A stretch of DNA of 64,000 nt from Gammaproteobacteria bacterium (GTDB lineage: Bacteria > Pseudomonadota > Gammaproteobacteria > Eutrophobiales > Eutrophobiaceae). The stretch covers positions 2,016,001 to 2,080,000 of the forward strand of contig CBDEUK010000002.1 of the NCBI GenBank assembly GCA_965243205.1, given 5' to 3'. A program made the position numbers and the translations under genes. Every line of letters begins with the position of its first letter. The stretch's first letter is position 1. A model generated the notes under the pieces. The model was given only the letters and a program-made list of their open reading frames with translations, had not been told where the DNA came from and searched no databases. This document shows positions 29,975 through 42,366 of the stretch, piece after piece.

Positions 29975-31687
29975 ATGCGTATTTCCCAATTTTTAATATC
30001 CACAATCCGAGAAACTCCAGCAGATGTTGAGATAGTCAGCCATCAATTGATGTTACGAGCGGGTATGATCCGTATGCAGGCTGCGGGTATCTATACCTGG
30101 CTACCCTTGGGTTTGAAGGTCTTACGTAAAGTTGAAGCGATTGTGCGTGAAGAAATGAATCGAGCTGGCGCGCAAGAATTATTAATGTCGGGTGTACAAC
30201 CGGCTGAGTTATGGCAGGAGTCTGGTCGTTGGGAACAATACGGTCCAGAGTTGTTACGACTACAAGATCGCCATCAGCGAGATTTTTGTCTTGGACCGAC
30301 TCACGAAGAGATCATCACAGATGTAGTGCGTCGAGAAATTCGCAGTTATAAACAGCTGCCAGTGAATTTTTATCAGATCCAAACCAAGTTCCGAGATGAG
30401 ATCAGACCGCGTTTCGGCATTATGCGCGCGCGCGAGTTTTTAATGAAAGATGCTTATTCATTTCATTTGACTGAAGAATCCTTACAAGAAACATACGATG
30501 TGATGTTTGATACTTATCATCGTATTTTTTCTCGGTTTGGTTTGAATTTCCGTGCCGTTGAAGCGGATAGTGGCAGTATCGGTGGTGCAGTATCACATGA
30601 GTTCCATGTGTTGGCGGATTCAGGTGAGGATGAAATTGTATTTACTCAATCGGGCGATTACGCAGCGAATATTGAACGTGCCGTGTCTGCGATGCCTGTA
30701 GGTGAAAGAGCTGAACCGACTCAAGAGATGCAAGAAGTTGATACTCCAAATCAACACAGTATCGAAGAAGTAAGTCAGTTTTTAGAAGTAGAGCCTTTTC
30801 AAGTTTTAAAAACTTTAATTGTTGAAGGTGAGAAAGAAGGTAGCCTAGTTGCATTGGTATTACGCGGAGATCATGAATTAAATGCTATCAAAGCAGAAAA
30901 ATTGGATGGTGTAGCTAATCCATTACGTATGGCGAATGAAAAATTGATCCAACAACAACTGGGTTGCAAAGTTGGTTCGATAGGACCTGTAGGCTTAGAT
31001 ATTAAAATTGTTGTCGATCATAGTGCTGCTCATTGTTTAGATTTTATTTGTGGAGCTAATGCTGATGGTAAGCATTTGAAAGGCGTGAATTGGCAGCGTG
31101 ATCTACCATTACCTGAAACTGCAGATATTCGAAATGTTCAAGCAGGCGAAATGGCAGCAGATGGTTCTGGAACATTAGAAACTGCACGTGGTATAGAGGT
31201 AGGCCATATCTTTCAACTTGGTACAAAATACAGTTCTGCATTAAAAGCCACATGTTTGAATGAAAAAGGTGAAGCTCAGACTTTGATCATGGGTTGTTAT
31301 GGCATTGGTGTTTCACGTGTAGTGGCAGCTGCGATAGAACAGAATCATGATGATAAAGGCATTATTTGGCCTGAATCCATCGCACCATTTCAAGTGAGCT
31401 TGGTTCCAATCAATATGTATAAGTCTGCGCGATTGCGTGAAGCCGTCGAACAATTATATGAAGAATTAACCGCTGCAGGTTTAGAAGTTCTGCTTGATGA
31501 TCGTAAAGAACGCCCAGGCGTGATGTTTGCTGATGCGGAATTAATTGGCATTCCACATCGACTAACTTTTAGTGAACGTGGTTTGGATGCAGGGAAGATC
31601 GAATATAAAGGTCGTAGTGATACGGAGAATCAAGAAATTGAATTAGGTAATGCAGTGCAATTTCTAACGGATAAATTATCTAAATAA
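29975..31687 (+). CDS. proS: Proline--tRNA ligase
   Basis: [28 protein letters not shown], editing insertion, MGCYGIG. Confidence 0.97.
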   Translation: MRISQFLISTIRETPADVEIVSHQLMLRAGMIRMQAAGIYTWLPLGLKVLRKVEAIVREEMNRAGAQELLMSGVQPAELWQESGRWEQYGPELLRLQDRHQRDFCLGPTHEEIITDVVRREIRSYKQLPVNFYQIQTKFRDEIRPRFGIMRAREFLMKDAYSFHLTEESLQETYDVMFDTYHRIFSRFGLNFRAVEADSGSIGGAVSHEFHVLADSGEDEIVFTQSGDYAANIERAVSAMPVGERAEPTQEMQEVDTPNQHSIEEVSQFLEVEPFQVLKTLIVEGEKEGSLVALVLRGDHELNAIKAEKLDGVANPLRMANEKLIQQQLGCKVGSIGPVGLDIKIVVDHSAAHCLDFICGANADGKHLKGVNWQRDLPLPETADIRNVQAGEMAADGSGTLETARGIEVGHIFQLGTKYSSALKATCLNEKGEAQTLIMGCYGIGVSRVVAAAIEQNHDDKGIIWPESIAPFQVSLVPINMYKSARLREAVEQLYEELTAAGLEVLLDDRKERPGVMFADAELIGIPHRLTFSERGLDAGKIEYKGRSDTENQEIELGNAVQFLTDKLSK

Positions 31688-31701
31688 TATCGTTTGCAGG
31701 A

Positions 31702-31980
31702 TTATTTGATGATAAAGGGTTGGGTCAGGCTTTGCTCGATTAAAGTTTCATCAAATTCTATACCTTCAACATTAGCCATGGGAGGGCCTTGGTGTAGCCA
31801 TTCGATAAATGAATCTATCTGATGTTGTTCTCCAGCAGCCATTACCTCGACTCTTCCATCGCTAAGATTTCTCACCCAACCACTCAGTGTAAGCTCAATC
31901 GCTTTATCACGTGTAGAAGCACGGAAATACACACCTTGCACGCGGCCTGTAATATAACAATGAATATTTTTGACTGACAT
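31702..31980 (-). CDS. Acylphosphatase
   Basis: GRVQGVYFR, GWVRN, GPP motifs. Confidence 0.92.
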   Translation of the reverse strand: MSVKNIHCYITGRVQGVYFRASTRDKAIELTLSGWVRNLSDGRVEVMAAGEQHQIDSFIEWLHQGPPMANVEGIEFDETLIEQSLTQPFIIK

Positions 31981-32121
31981 AAAGACTGGATATATAAAGT
32001 TTAATGTTCTTAAATATGCTAAAACTATTTATAGTAAAATTTTGTTGAATATGTTGATTATATTAAATATTTACGTTCATGAGTTGTTTATAAAACAATA
32101 GAATGTGAGAATTAATATACT

Positions 32122-33708
32122 ATGGATTTAGATAGCCGAGGAATTCCATACCGCAAAACCAATGATGGACAGTTGGTTATGGAAACTCGTCCTCACATTA
32201 TTGAAGAGTGGCTGGATACTCTTCCTTATGCAGATTTTAATAAAACCTGTAAGTTAATACTTGAGGCCGTCCAAAGTACGAATCAAGAAACGATGAAATA
32301 TACTCAGCGTTTGGAGTTGGTGGCGCTATACGATCAACCCTATGAGTATTTTATAGAATCTCAACTCGACATCCGTACCAGCCATACTCGAAAATCTATC
32401 ATATCCCTGCAATCAAACTTGGCCGATTTAAGAGAATTATCTTTGGCGATGGGCGTTGCATGTCGTATTTCTGTTGATGAAGCATTAAATAGAAAAACGT
32501 TGTGGATTCAAACAAAACCACCTATTGACGCCATCTTAACTTCATTAAAATATTTTTCAGAAGCATTAGTATGTTGCTTCATTCAATATTATCCAACACC
32601 TAAAACTATTTGGCGTGAATTGAATTTTTTATACGACTTTGCAGAAAGTATTGGTAAGCATGAAACGGAGGTAAACTTTATTGGCGACACAGATGCTTCG
32701 AAACGTCATAACGTCAGTAATCTATACAAATGTGTTGTATTAACAAGTTTAGTCGATCCGTATCATTTGCCATTTGGTGCTATTTGGGAAATTTATCTTG
32801 CTTTAATGGAATGGGCAGAAAAAACAGAAATCATTGATTATAAACACGTTAAGGATGATACCAGTTTAATGGTATTACCGATTAAAAAAGATTTAAGACC
32901 GGTGCCTTTTACGAAGTTTAATAAGAAGCTGGCAAAGAATGAAGATTTACGGCTGTTGTATGTCGGTTCTCTGGTCAACATGCTTAAGACAAAACTTAAT
33001 GCACTTAAAAGTTCTGGAGCTGAGACAACATCCATTCCATTAGCACCTCAATATGCTGAACATGTGTTAGCTAAATTAATTAATAATTTGGAAACACCCA
33101 CTAAACGTAATTTCCCTAGAGTCAAAAAGAATTTAATGATTCGAGTAGCACATGGGTTTAGCGATTGTTATTTTTATATCAATGGTGAAGAAGAATTCCA
33201 TGCTTCACCAGTAGAGCGTACGGATGAAAATGCTATTGTTGAAATAGTAAATTCTGAATATACCCCAAGCCATTCGATCGAACTTTGGGAGTTACAAGAT
33301 TATAGTCAAGGTGGCTATGCTATTCGTCGAGAGTTGAAAAAAGAAAATACCTTACGGGTTGGTGAAATTGTCGCAGTTTATACAGGTAAAAATAATATTT
33401 ATAATTTGGCGGTAGTCAGTTGGTTAATGATTCGAACAGGGAATATGTATCACGCGGGATTAGAAGTGTTAGCTCGAGATGTTATGCCTGGAAAAATAAG
33501 GCAAGGTGTACGTGGTGAGTATTCCAAGGTATTTGTTTCAGGAGAAATGGATTTAGATACAGCTTCTATTATTGCAGAAGATGCTATATGTAATATTAAT
33601 GAAAACTACGAATTATGTATTGGTAATGAAAAATTACAAATTCAGACAAAAGAATTACTATTTTCTAATACATCCGTTAATCAATATTCAATTTCTCAGG
33701 CCGTTTAA
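32122..33708 (+). CDS. FimW-like putative c-di-GMP-binding protein (C-terminal PilZ-like domain)
   Basis: WLDTLPYAD N-terminus, LVDPYHL, RNFPR (RxxxR) and DYSQGG (DxSxxG) PilZ signatures. Confidence 0.55.
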   Translation: MDLDSRGIPYRKTNDGQLVMETRPHIIEEWLDTLPYADFNKTCKLILEAVQSTNQETMKYTQRLELVALYDQPYEYFIESQLDIRTSHTRKSIISLQSNLADLRELSLAMGVACRISVDEALNRKTLWIQTKPPIDAILTSLKYFSEALVCCFIQYYPTPKTIWRELNFLYDFAESIGKHETEVNFIGDTDASKRHNVSNLYKCVVLTSLVDPYHLPFGAIWEIYLALMEWAEKTEIIDYKHVKDDTSLMVLPIKKDLRPVPFTKFNKKLAKNEDLRLLYVGSLVNMLKTKLNALKSSGAETTSIPLAPQYAEHVLAKLINNLETPTKRNFPRVKKNLMIRVAHGFSDCYFYINGEEEFHASPVERTDENAIVEIVNSEYTPSHSIELWELQDYSQGGYAIRRELKKENTLRVGEIVAVYTGKNNIYNLAVVSWLMIRTGNMYHAGLEVLARDVMPGKIRQGVRGEYSKVFVSGEMDLDTASIIAEDAICNINENYELCIGNEKLQIQTKELLFSNTSVNQYSISQAV

Positions 33709-34988
33709 TTTTCTATTGAAACTAATAAATTTCTTAAAGGAATATTTAGACTTTGAGAAACGTTATTTTTATAATCGTTTAAAACATTTTTTATCGATTG
33801 TTCTGTTTTATCGTTTTCATGGATAAAATTATCTGCGTAAAACTTACAAGGTAGAATTTCATACAGTTCTTGTACGGTTGCTTCAGACAGATCTCGGGTC
33901 AATATATAAACGCCAGAGTTTAAACGGTTCACCCATTTTGCATTGGTTAATTCATGCAATATTTCAGTGATACGATCTTGTGATAACTTGACTCCGTTTT
34001 TTCGTATTTGCATCATGTTTAATCCATTGCCATTTCTTTGAGCCTGCCATAGAGCAGCAATAATTTTATACACGTCGACAAAATCCCAATCATTACGTCC
34101 TGCCGGATTACCATTTTCATCTAGATGAAAATTGGATAAGCAATAACACATATGCGCACCTAATAAAATAATGACCCATGATAGATATATCCAAAGTAAA
34201 AACATGGGAATAATTGCAATTGCTCCGTAAATTTGTTGGTAAGTTGGGATGGCTTTTACATAAGCACCAAAACCATATTTGGCTAATTCAAATAACATTG
34301 CTGAAAAAATACCGCTCATCAAAGCATATTTTTTTGGCACATAACAATTTGGAATAAGTAAGTAAATAATCGTAAACGCAATCGATGTTGTTAAAAACGG
34401 CATGATTTGTAACAGGGTGACTTTAATTCCAAATGAGGCGTAAACAGAATCTATTGCAGGTATTGATAAGAAATAAGAAGTCGATACTAAGCCAACACCA
34501 ATTAACAAAGGGCCTAAGGTTAAGATAGCCCAATACACTAAGAAGCGAGCAATAGGATTACGTTTTTCTTTGACTTTCCAAATCCGATTAAACGCATTAT
34601 CAATCGTCGCCATTAACATTAATGCAATAAACAATAAAACAATGGTTCCTGTGAAGGTTAACTTCGATGCTTTACTTGAAAATTCAATTAAGTAATTTTG
34701 AATCGAATCACCGAATGAAGGAACGAAATTATTAAATACAAATGTTTGAATTTCTGCCGACATCTCTTTGAATACTGGAAGCCCACCTAGGAAACCAAAC
34801 ATGACGGTTAACAAAGGCACTAAGGATAATAATGTTGCATACGCAAGTGATGAAGCAATTTGCAATCCGTTCTGTTCAAAAAACTGAGTGATAGAGAATC
34901 GACAGAATTGATATAGCCAACGAAATGATTGAGAAACCGAGCGTTGCATATTGTCGGAAACCATTATTGATTTGTAAAAAGGTTCCAT
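33705..34988 (-). CDS. YihY/BrkB family inner membrane protein with C-terminal HTH-like domain
   Basis: ASSLAYATLLSLVP, FNRIW, IYGAIAIIP..LLWIYLSW. Confidence 0.88.
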   Translation of the reverse strand: MEPFYKSIMVSDNMQRSVSQSFRWLYQFCRFSITQFFEQNGLQIASSLAYATLLSLVPLLTVMFGFLGGLPVFKEMSAEIQTFVFNNFVPSFGDSIQNYLIEFSSKASKLTFTGTIVLLFIALMLMATIDNAFNRIWKVKEKRNPIARFLVYWAILTLGPLLIGVGLVSTSYFLSIPAIDSVYASFGIKVTLLQIMPFLTTSIAFTIIYLLIPNCYVPKKYALMSGIFSAMLFELAKYGFGAYVKAIPTYQQIYGAIAIIPMFLLWIYLSWVIILLGAHMCYCLSNFHLDENGNPAGRNDWDFVDVYKIIAALWQAQRNGNGLNMMQIRKNGVKLSQDRITEILHELTNAKWVNRLNSGVYILTRDLSEATVQELYEILPCKFYADNFIHENDKTEQSIKNVLNDYKNNVSQSLNIPLRNLLVSIEN

Positions 34989-35082
34989 AAAATAACGTTT
35001 TTAAATAAAAACAATGTTAAAATTAATTCACTTTAACACCTTAGCATATTTATCGTAAATCATCTGTGAAAAAGGTCTAACA

Positions 35083-35430
35083 ATGAATGCTACTATTTAT
35101 CATAACCCTCGTTGCTCTAAGTCCAGGCAAACTTTACAGCTTTTACATGACAAAGGATGTGAGGTGGAAATTATTGAATATCTAAAAAATCCGCCTGAGC
35201 TTGATAAGATAAAACAAATACTGAATATGTTAGATATAACACCTAGAGATTTAATGCGCAAAAATGAATCAGCGTATAAAGAATTACAATTAGATGATGA
35301 CTCTTTATCGGATCAAACCTTAATCGAAGCGATGTATAAAAATCCTATACTCATAGAAAGACCCATCGTTATAGCAAATAATAAAGCCGCTATTGGGCGC
35401 CCTCCTGAATCTGTTTTGGAAATTTTATAG
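35083..35430 (+). CDS. arsC: Arsenate reductase (glutaredoxin type) family protein
   Basis: IYHNPRCSKSR, LIERPIV, GRPPE. Confidence 0.88.
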   Translation: MNATIYHNPRCSKSRQTLQLLHDKGCEVEIIEYLKNPPELDKIKQILNMLDITPRDLMRKNESAYKELQLDDDSLSDQTLIEAMYKNPILIERPIVIANNKAAIGRPPESVLEIL

Positions 35431-36708
<1,278 letters not shown>

Positions 36709-36720
36709 TAAAAATCGTGG

Positions 36721-37776
36721 TTATTCTGAATAAAGTTCGCTTGCTATATAACGTTCATGTGCATGACGTAATAAAATCACAATAATTGCTGCTATAGGAA
36801 GCGCAAGTAATACACCTACGAAACCAAATAATTGCCCACCTGCCATGACAGCAAAAATTACAGCAACGGGGTGTAAGCCGATTCGATCGCCAACTAATAG
36901 CGGTGACAACAACATCCCCTCTAAGGCTTGGCCAACGCCAAATATAATGATCACGTAAATTACATGAATGACATCTTGATATTGCATAAAGGCAGCGATT
37001 CCCGCTACCACTACACCAACAATAACTCCTAAGTAGGGTACAAAACTGACTAAGCCGGCAAGCATACCAATTAATAATGAAAATTCGATGCCGATTAACC
37101 ACAATGCAATGGTATAAAAAATACCTTGGGCTAACATGAGTAATAATTGCCCGTGTAAGAATTCTCCTAAAACGGAATCGCATTCTTTAGCTAATTGTGT
37201 GACAGTTGGTTCTATATGACGAGGAATTAATTCATGTACTCGTTCGACTAATAAATCCCAATCTCGTAGTAAATAAAATGTAACAACAGGAATTAAAATA
37301 ATATTTGCGAAGATTGCGATCACTGCTTGGCTTGATGCAGAAAGTTGAGATAGTACTTTGCTAGCAATGCCACCGACATCTCGCCAATGTTGGGAAATGT
37401 TCTCCCGTAGTTTTTCTAAGCTAAATACTGATTCATCGATGCCCAAAAAATTTGCAATATAAGGAACAAGGTTCAACTCTAACCAATGCATCATTTCTGG
37501 TATACGTTTTATTAATTGGCTTATTTGTTGTTCTAAAATTGGAACAATAAATAATAATATGATGATGGCACATAACAACATGATGAAAAAAACAATCGAT
37601 ACACTCATCGTACGAGATAATTTTTTTGTTTCAAGGCGATCTACTATAGGATCAGCAAGGTATGCTAAGAAGGCTGAACAAACAAACGGAGTTAGTATTG
37701 GCCCTAGTAAATAAATCAACCAACCTGCGATCAAAGCACAGGCAAGATAAAAAACTTTTTTGCTATCGTTAATCAT
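36721..37776 (-). CDS. AI-2E (PerM) family transporter
   Basis: Multiple TM helices, FVPYLG, VGDRIGLHP, LLALP. Confidence 0.88.
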   Translation of the reverse strand: MINDSKKVFYLACALIAGWLIYLLGPILTPFVCSAFLAYLADPIVDRLETKKLSRTMSVSIVFFIMLLCAIIILLFIVPILEQQISQLIKRIPEMMHWLELNLVPYIANFLGIDESVFSLEKLRENISQHWRDVGGIASKVLSQLSASSQAVIAIFANIILIPVVTFYLLRDWDLLVERVHELIPRHIEPTVTQLAKECDSVLGEFLHGQLLLMLAQGIFYTIALWLIGIEFSLLIGMLAGLVSFVPYLGVIVGVVVAGIAAFMQYQDVIHVIYVIIIFGVGQALEGMLLSPLLVGDRIGLHPVAVIFAVMAGGQLFGFVGVLLALPIAAIIVILLRHAHERYIASELYSE

Positions 37777-38808
37777 TTAAGGAATATATAAAAAAGTTTC
37801 GCCATCACCGATCGGCTGTAAAGTTTGACCTAGAGTTACTGCCTGTTCCAAAGTTTGAATATTACCATCAGCAGTTAATTGATAAACGATATTTTGCTTG
37901 TTTGCTTGTATTGTAGAGATGTCACTAATGAAGTTTAATGACTGAAGATACTTTAACGTTTTTGCGTAATCATTAAAGCTACGTATTCCTTCAACTTTAA
38001 TAGAAAAGCTTGATTCCGCAGCATAACCTATAGGCTGACTGTAGATAGAAGCCAACCTATCGGCATGCGTATCAACGCCTTCTGATAATGCTTCGGATAT
38101 GGAGCTGCCAGAAGTTTGCCATTTGGCTAATTGTCCATTGATCTCTGAAAGCCACTGTATTTGCCAGAGGTTAGAACCTAGCTGATTGATTGTTGCAGAT
38201 AATATGGTATCAGGTGAATAGCGGCTTGATGCTGAACGTATCTGTTCAACTGATTCAGCTACGATAGCTTGTTCACTCAGTTGAGAGCGGTCGGTGGAAT
38301 CTAATTGTGGTATTAGAAAGTCGATACCTCTGGATTTTGCTTGATGCATTAATGAATCATATTTAACCGAATCAGGGCTTATATTTGCGAACTGTAGTCC
38401 TTGTCCATCATTCTGCACCATCCATATAAGCGTAGTGGGTCTTTCTTGACTCCATATAGGAATACTGTATTCACGCATGGATGATTGCAACACGACAGGA
38501 TCGAACTTTGCCCATAAGCGATGGCTTAATTCGCCTTCATCTTCCATGCTTTTGACTTCATATTGTTGAAGGTAACGTGTGGGTTCATCGAGAATAGAAT
38601 CAACCCCATAGATACTGGCAGCCGTGCGTTTTCCTGTCAGTTTAACCAAAACTTGTAACAGTACAGAGCGGATTGCGCGGGCTTGAGCGCCCGAAGAAGT
38701 ATCAGCTAAGGCTACGGTTCCTTCATACAAGCCTTGGACGGTCGTAGCTTGATTGATAGTGCTGGAAAATAGTAATAAAACAAAGACTAAAATTTGGTAT
38801 TTATTCAT
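37777..38808 (-). CDS. DUF2066-type exported protein
   Basis: Signal peptide, GLYEG, VLVKLTG, PIWSQERP; conserved position opposite purM; start uncertain. Confidence 0.7.
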   Translation of the reverse strand: MNKYQILVFVLLLFSSTINQATTVQGLYEGTVALADTSSGAQARAIRSVLLQVLVKLTGKRTAASIYGVDSILDEPTRYLQQYEVKSMEDEGELSHRLWAKFDPVVLQSSMREYSIPIWSQERPTTLIWMVQNDGQGLQFANISPDSVKYDSLMHQAKSRGIDFLIPQLDSTDRSQLSEQAIVAESVEQIRSASSRYSPDTILSATINQLGSNLWQIQWLSEINGQLAKWQTSGSSISEALSEGVDTHADRLASIYSQPIGYAAESSFSIKVEGIRSFNDYAKTLKYLQSLNFISDISTIQANKQNIVYQLTADGNIQTLEQAVTLGQTLQPIGDGETFLYIP

Positions 38809-38881
38809 AACTTGGACGCTATTCGACTCCAGGGAGTAAGTCAAGAATTGCGACATTCCTCTGCTCTGTTAACATGCCGCC

Positions 38882-39925
38882 ATGAATAAAAAAACAACAT
38901 CGATCAGCTACGAAGATGCTGGAGTCAGCGTTGAACGTGGTAATGAATTAGTCGAGAGAATTAAAGGTAGTGCCAAAAAAACTTCACGTCCTGGTGTTAT
39001 ATCAGGATTAGGCGGTTTTGGGGCTTTATTTGATCTTTCAGAATTAAATTATAAACAACCCGTTTTAGTTTCAGGTACAGACGGGGTCGGTACGAAGATA
39101 AAGCTGGCAATTGAGAGTGATCGTCATGACACCATTGGTATTGATTTGGTAGCAATGTGTGTGAATGATTTATTGGTACAAGGTGCCGAACCACTGTTCT
39201 TTCTAGATTATTTTGCTTGTTCCAAACTTGATGTTTCAAAGGCCAGCGACGTGGTTAGTGGTATTGCAAAAGGTTGCGAATTGTCTGGTTGTGCTTTAGT
39301 CGGTGGTGAGACGGCTGAGATGCCTGGAATGTATCAGGAAGGTGAATATGATCTAGCTGGCTTTTGTGTCGGTGCTGTAGAAAAAACTGAAATCATTGAT
39401 GGCAGTAAAATTTCTATAGGTGATTCCATTATTGCGCTTGCTTCCAGTGGACCACATTCCAATGGTTATTCATTGATTCGTAAATTAATAACGGATAATA
39501 ATGCTGATTTGAATACAGATATTGATGGCGTTCCATTGATAGAGCGTTTATTAGAGCCGACCAGAATATATATTAAAAATGTACTATCTATTTTAAAAAA
39601 ATATCCAGTCAATGGTTTAGCTCATATCACTGGTGGAGGTTTGACTGAAAATATTCCTCGGGTTTTGCCGAAAAATTTACATGCACAAGTGCTGAGAGAA
39701 CAGGTTAAATTACCTGCTATTTTTCAATGGTTACAACAACAAGGCAATATTACTGAAGTAGAGATGTTTCGAACCTTTAACTGTGGTATTGGTATGGTCT
39801 TGATTGTTGATAAAACGAATGAATCTGCAGTAATCGATCTAGCTCAGCAACTTGGTGAAACTGCTTGGAAGTTAGGCGAAGTTATTCAATCCGATGAAAA
39901 AACTCCTAGTGTTGTATATCAATAA
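38882..39925 (+). CDS. purM: Phosphoribosylformylglycinamidine cyclo-ligase
   Basis: [43 protein letters not shown]. Confidence 0.97.
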   Translation: MNKKTTSISYEDAGVSVERGNELVERIKGSAKKTSRPGVISGLGGFGALFDLSELNYKQPVLVSGTDGVGTKIKLAIESDRHDTIGIDLVAMCVNDLLVQGAEPLFFLDYFACSKLDVSKASDVVSGIAKGCELSGCALVGGETAEMPGMYQEGEYDLAGFCVGAVEKTEIIDGSKISIGDSIIALASSGPHSNGYSLIRKLITDNNADLNTDIDGVPLIERLLEPTRIYIKNVLSILKKYPVNGLAHITGGGLTENIPRVLPKNLHAQVLREQVKLPAIFQWLQQQGNITEVEMFRTFNCGIGMVLIVDKTNESAVIDLAQQLGETAWKLGEVIQSDEKTPSVVYQ

Positions 39926-40269
39926 TGTCAGATGAACAATTAATAGAAAATGCCTCAAAAGCTTTTTCTGATAATAACTATGAATTGGCTTTATCCATCA
40001 TAACGCCCTTAATTGAATCAGGTAATGCCGCGGCTACTGGTATGCTGGGACTTGCCTATCAACATGGCGCAGGTGTTGAACAAAACAGTCAAGAAGCTAT
40101 TAAGTATTTTCAAAAAGCAGTTGAATTAGGTGATGCATATTCAGCGCATAATCTTGCTAGGTTATATATGAAAGGTACTGACGATATTGAAGCAGATAAT
40201 GAGTTGAGTAATATTTATTACCAACTTGCTGAAGAAATGGGTTTGAAATACGAGCCAGAAAAAGATTAA
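39925..40269 (+). CDS. Small Sel1-like repeat protein
   Basis: LGLAYQHGAGVEQN..EAIKYFQKA and AHNLARLYMKG SEL1 repeats. Confidence 0.8.
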   Translation: MSDEQLIENASKAFSDNNYELALSIITPLIESGNAAATGMLGLAYQHGAGVEQNSQEAIKYFQKAVELGDAYSAHNLARLYMKGTDDIEADNELSNIYYQLAEEMGLKYEPEKD

Positions 40270-40329
40270 GTATTACTACTTCACGTAACAACATTTAAAC
40301 CTAAATTAGTTTAGTTTTTTATTCTAAAG

Positions 40330-41211
40330 ATGATAGCTGTTCGAATTGTTGAAATCCTATTTCCTATTTTTGCTATTGTCTTAGTCGGGCTAATCTATGG
40401 GCGATTGTTTAAGCCTGATATGGCAGTTGCTAATCGCTTAAACATGAATGTATTTATTCCATGTTTATTATTTACTGTCCTAATCGATAAAACACAAAAA
40501 TTAAATCAATATACTGAGTTTGCGTTGGCATGTGCTCTAGTAATTTTAATCTCTGCATTCATCGCATACCTGATTGCTAAACTATTAAAAATATCACCAC
40601 TTACATTTTGTTTGCCTATGACATTTCCGAATGCGGGGAATCTGGGCTTGCCTTTAATGGTATTAACATTTGGTGAACCAGCACTTGCTGCAGCTGTTGT
40701 AATGTTCATAGTTTGTAATTTCTTACATATTTCAAGCAGTCATTATTTTCTTGATAAACATTCAAATGTTTTAAAAGTATTTTTAACCCCAATGATCATG
40801 GCTGTATTGTTAGCATTTCTTTTAGTTATATTAGAAGTATCTGTTCACATGGCGATATTAAAACCAATTGAAATGCTAGGTGATGTTTGTGTGCCATTAA
40901 TGTTATTCACTTTAGGCGTACGATTATTAGATACTGATTTAAAAGAATGGCGTCTTGGCCTTTTGGTAGCCTTTATCAGTCCTTTGATAGGAATTACTAG
41001 TGCGGCAATATTATTACTTTTGTTTGACTTAGAACCAACGCAACAGGGTATATTAATTTTATTTGGTGCTTTACCTCCCGCCGTAATGAATTACATGTTT
41101 GCAGAACACTTTCAACAAGAGCCTGCGCGAGTTGCCGCCATGGTTTTATTTGGTAATGCGATGAGTATTATTATTTTGCCAGCAGTATTATTTTACGTTT
41201 TAACAAAATAA
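40330..41211 (+). CDS. AEC (auxin efflux carrier) family transporter
   Basis: About 10 TM segments, NAGNLGLP, PLMLFTLG, LPPAV. Confidence 0.85.
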   Translation: MIAVRIVEILFPIFAIVLVGLIYGRLFKPDMAVANRLNMNVFIPCLLFTVLIDKTQKLNQYTEFALACALVILISAFIAYLIAKLLKISPLTFCLPMTFPNAGNLGLPLMVLTFGEPALAAAVVMFIVCNFLHISSSHYFLDKHSNVLKVFLTPMIMAVLLAFLLVILEVSVHMAILKPIEMLGDVCVPLMLFTLGVRLLDTDLKEWRLGLLVAFISPLIGITSAAILLLLFDLEPTQQGILILFGALPPAVMNYMFAEHFQQEPARVAAMVLFGNAMSIIILPAVLFYVLTK

Positions 41212-41233
41212 TAAAAAGATTACCTAAAAGTTT

Positions 41234-42214
41234 CTAACGGAATTGCGAAGTTTTTTTCGAGAGCTCTAAGGAGTTGTTTTGAAAACTTTCTACGATATTT
41301 TCTGTCGTATTTTCAGAAAATTCTTCGCATTTTTTTAGAAAAGCTTTAACACTCTCAGGTATAGGTACTCGTAAATTTGCATGTCTAGATAAAAGTTCAC
41401 CACCCTCCATAATTAGCTGATACTTTGCAAAAATACATTCGTTGAGATTTGGATCGTTATCATTTGGTAATTGAATTTTTTGTTCTTCGAATAATTCTTT
41501 GGCAGCAATGTATTCAGGCCAAATTTCAAACATCACAGGATCACTTCTTAAAGTTTCACAGGCAGACTTTGCAGCATTTGCAAAATCTATTAATAAAGGT
41601 TTCATTGTTTTGAAATCATCATGTAAGTTCATAATGTTGATGATTGCTGCAGTGATTTTATCTATCTCGGACATCGTTTGCGCAAGCTTAATATAACGAG
41701 TTTTATAAAACTCACTGATTGGCATGCTAAATACCCGAAATGGTTCGCCCCAAAGTTCAGTATTACCTTCACCACCATCATTAAGTTTAATATTTTTTCC
41801 TAATTCTAAGGCATCGGATAAACATTTATCGCATTCAGTATACAAAGGGTTATCCTTACTTATAATTACCCCTGAAGCTTCCATATTTACTATTGACGTT
41901 AAAATATCTCGACCTCTATTCAATAAGGCTCCTGCAAGCATCGCAGCTTTGACACGCTTTTTATGCGGAGATATTTCGTTCTTATATGATTCACGAACTT
42001 TTTCTAAATGTAATCCAGGAGTATTGATACCAACTTCAACATGATGGAAAACACGACGGGTCATTTGATCGATAAGAGTTTTTTTATCAGCGATACGATC
42101 GCCATAAACAGGATAATTCCTTAACCAATATCCATCGAAAAATACTCTATCATCACCATCAATTTCACGAACCGTTCCATTTTCGATTGCTGTTTGATTA
42201 TTTGAGGTGTTCAT
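41234..42214 (-). CDS. Hypothetical soluble protein (326 aa)
   Basis: Long ORF with motif-like segments FDGYWLR, FHHVEVGINTPG, ELWGEPF; no family recognised. Confidence 0.7.
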   Translation of the reverse strand: MNTSNNQTAIENGTVREIDGDDRVFFDGYWLRNYPVYGDRIADKKTLIDQMTRRVFHHVEVGINTPGLHLEKVRESYKNEISPHKKRVKAAMLAGALLNRGRDILTSIVNMEASGVIISKDNPLYTECDKCLSDALELGKNIKLNDGGEGNTELWGEPFRVFSMPISEFYKTRYIKLAQTMSEIDKITAAIINIMNLHDDFKTMKPLLIDFANAAKSACETLRSDPVMFEIWPEYIAAKELFEEQKIQLPNDNDPNLNECIFAKYQLIMEGGELLSRHANLRVPIPESVKAFLKKCEEFSENTTENIVESFQNNSLELSKKTSQFR

Positions 42215-42366
42215 GAGTACATGTGAAATAAATATTCATAATGCAGAATAAAAGTTAAAACTGATTTCAGTATAAGTATGATAGCAGTTAGAAATATGAA
42301 TATGAAATGTTTCTGTAATTATGCAGTGTAATTTTTTTGATAGCTTAATTTATATTTGGAAAGCAA

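Noticed and set aside
35083-35430. Arsenic resistance operon
   Set aside because: Lone arsC-family gene in the conserved yihY-arsC-wrbA context; no arsR, arsB or acr3
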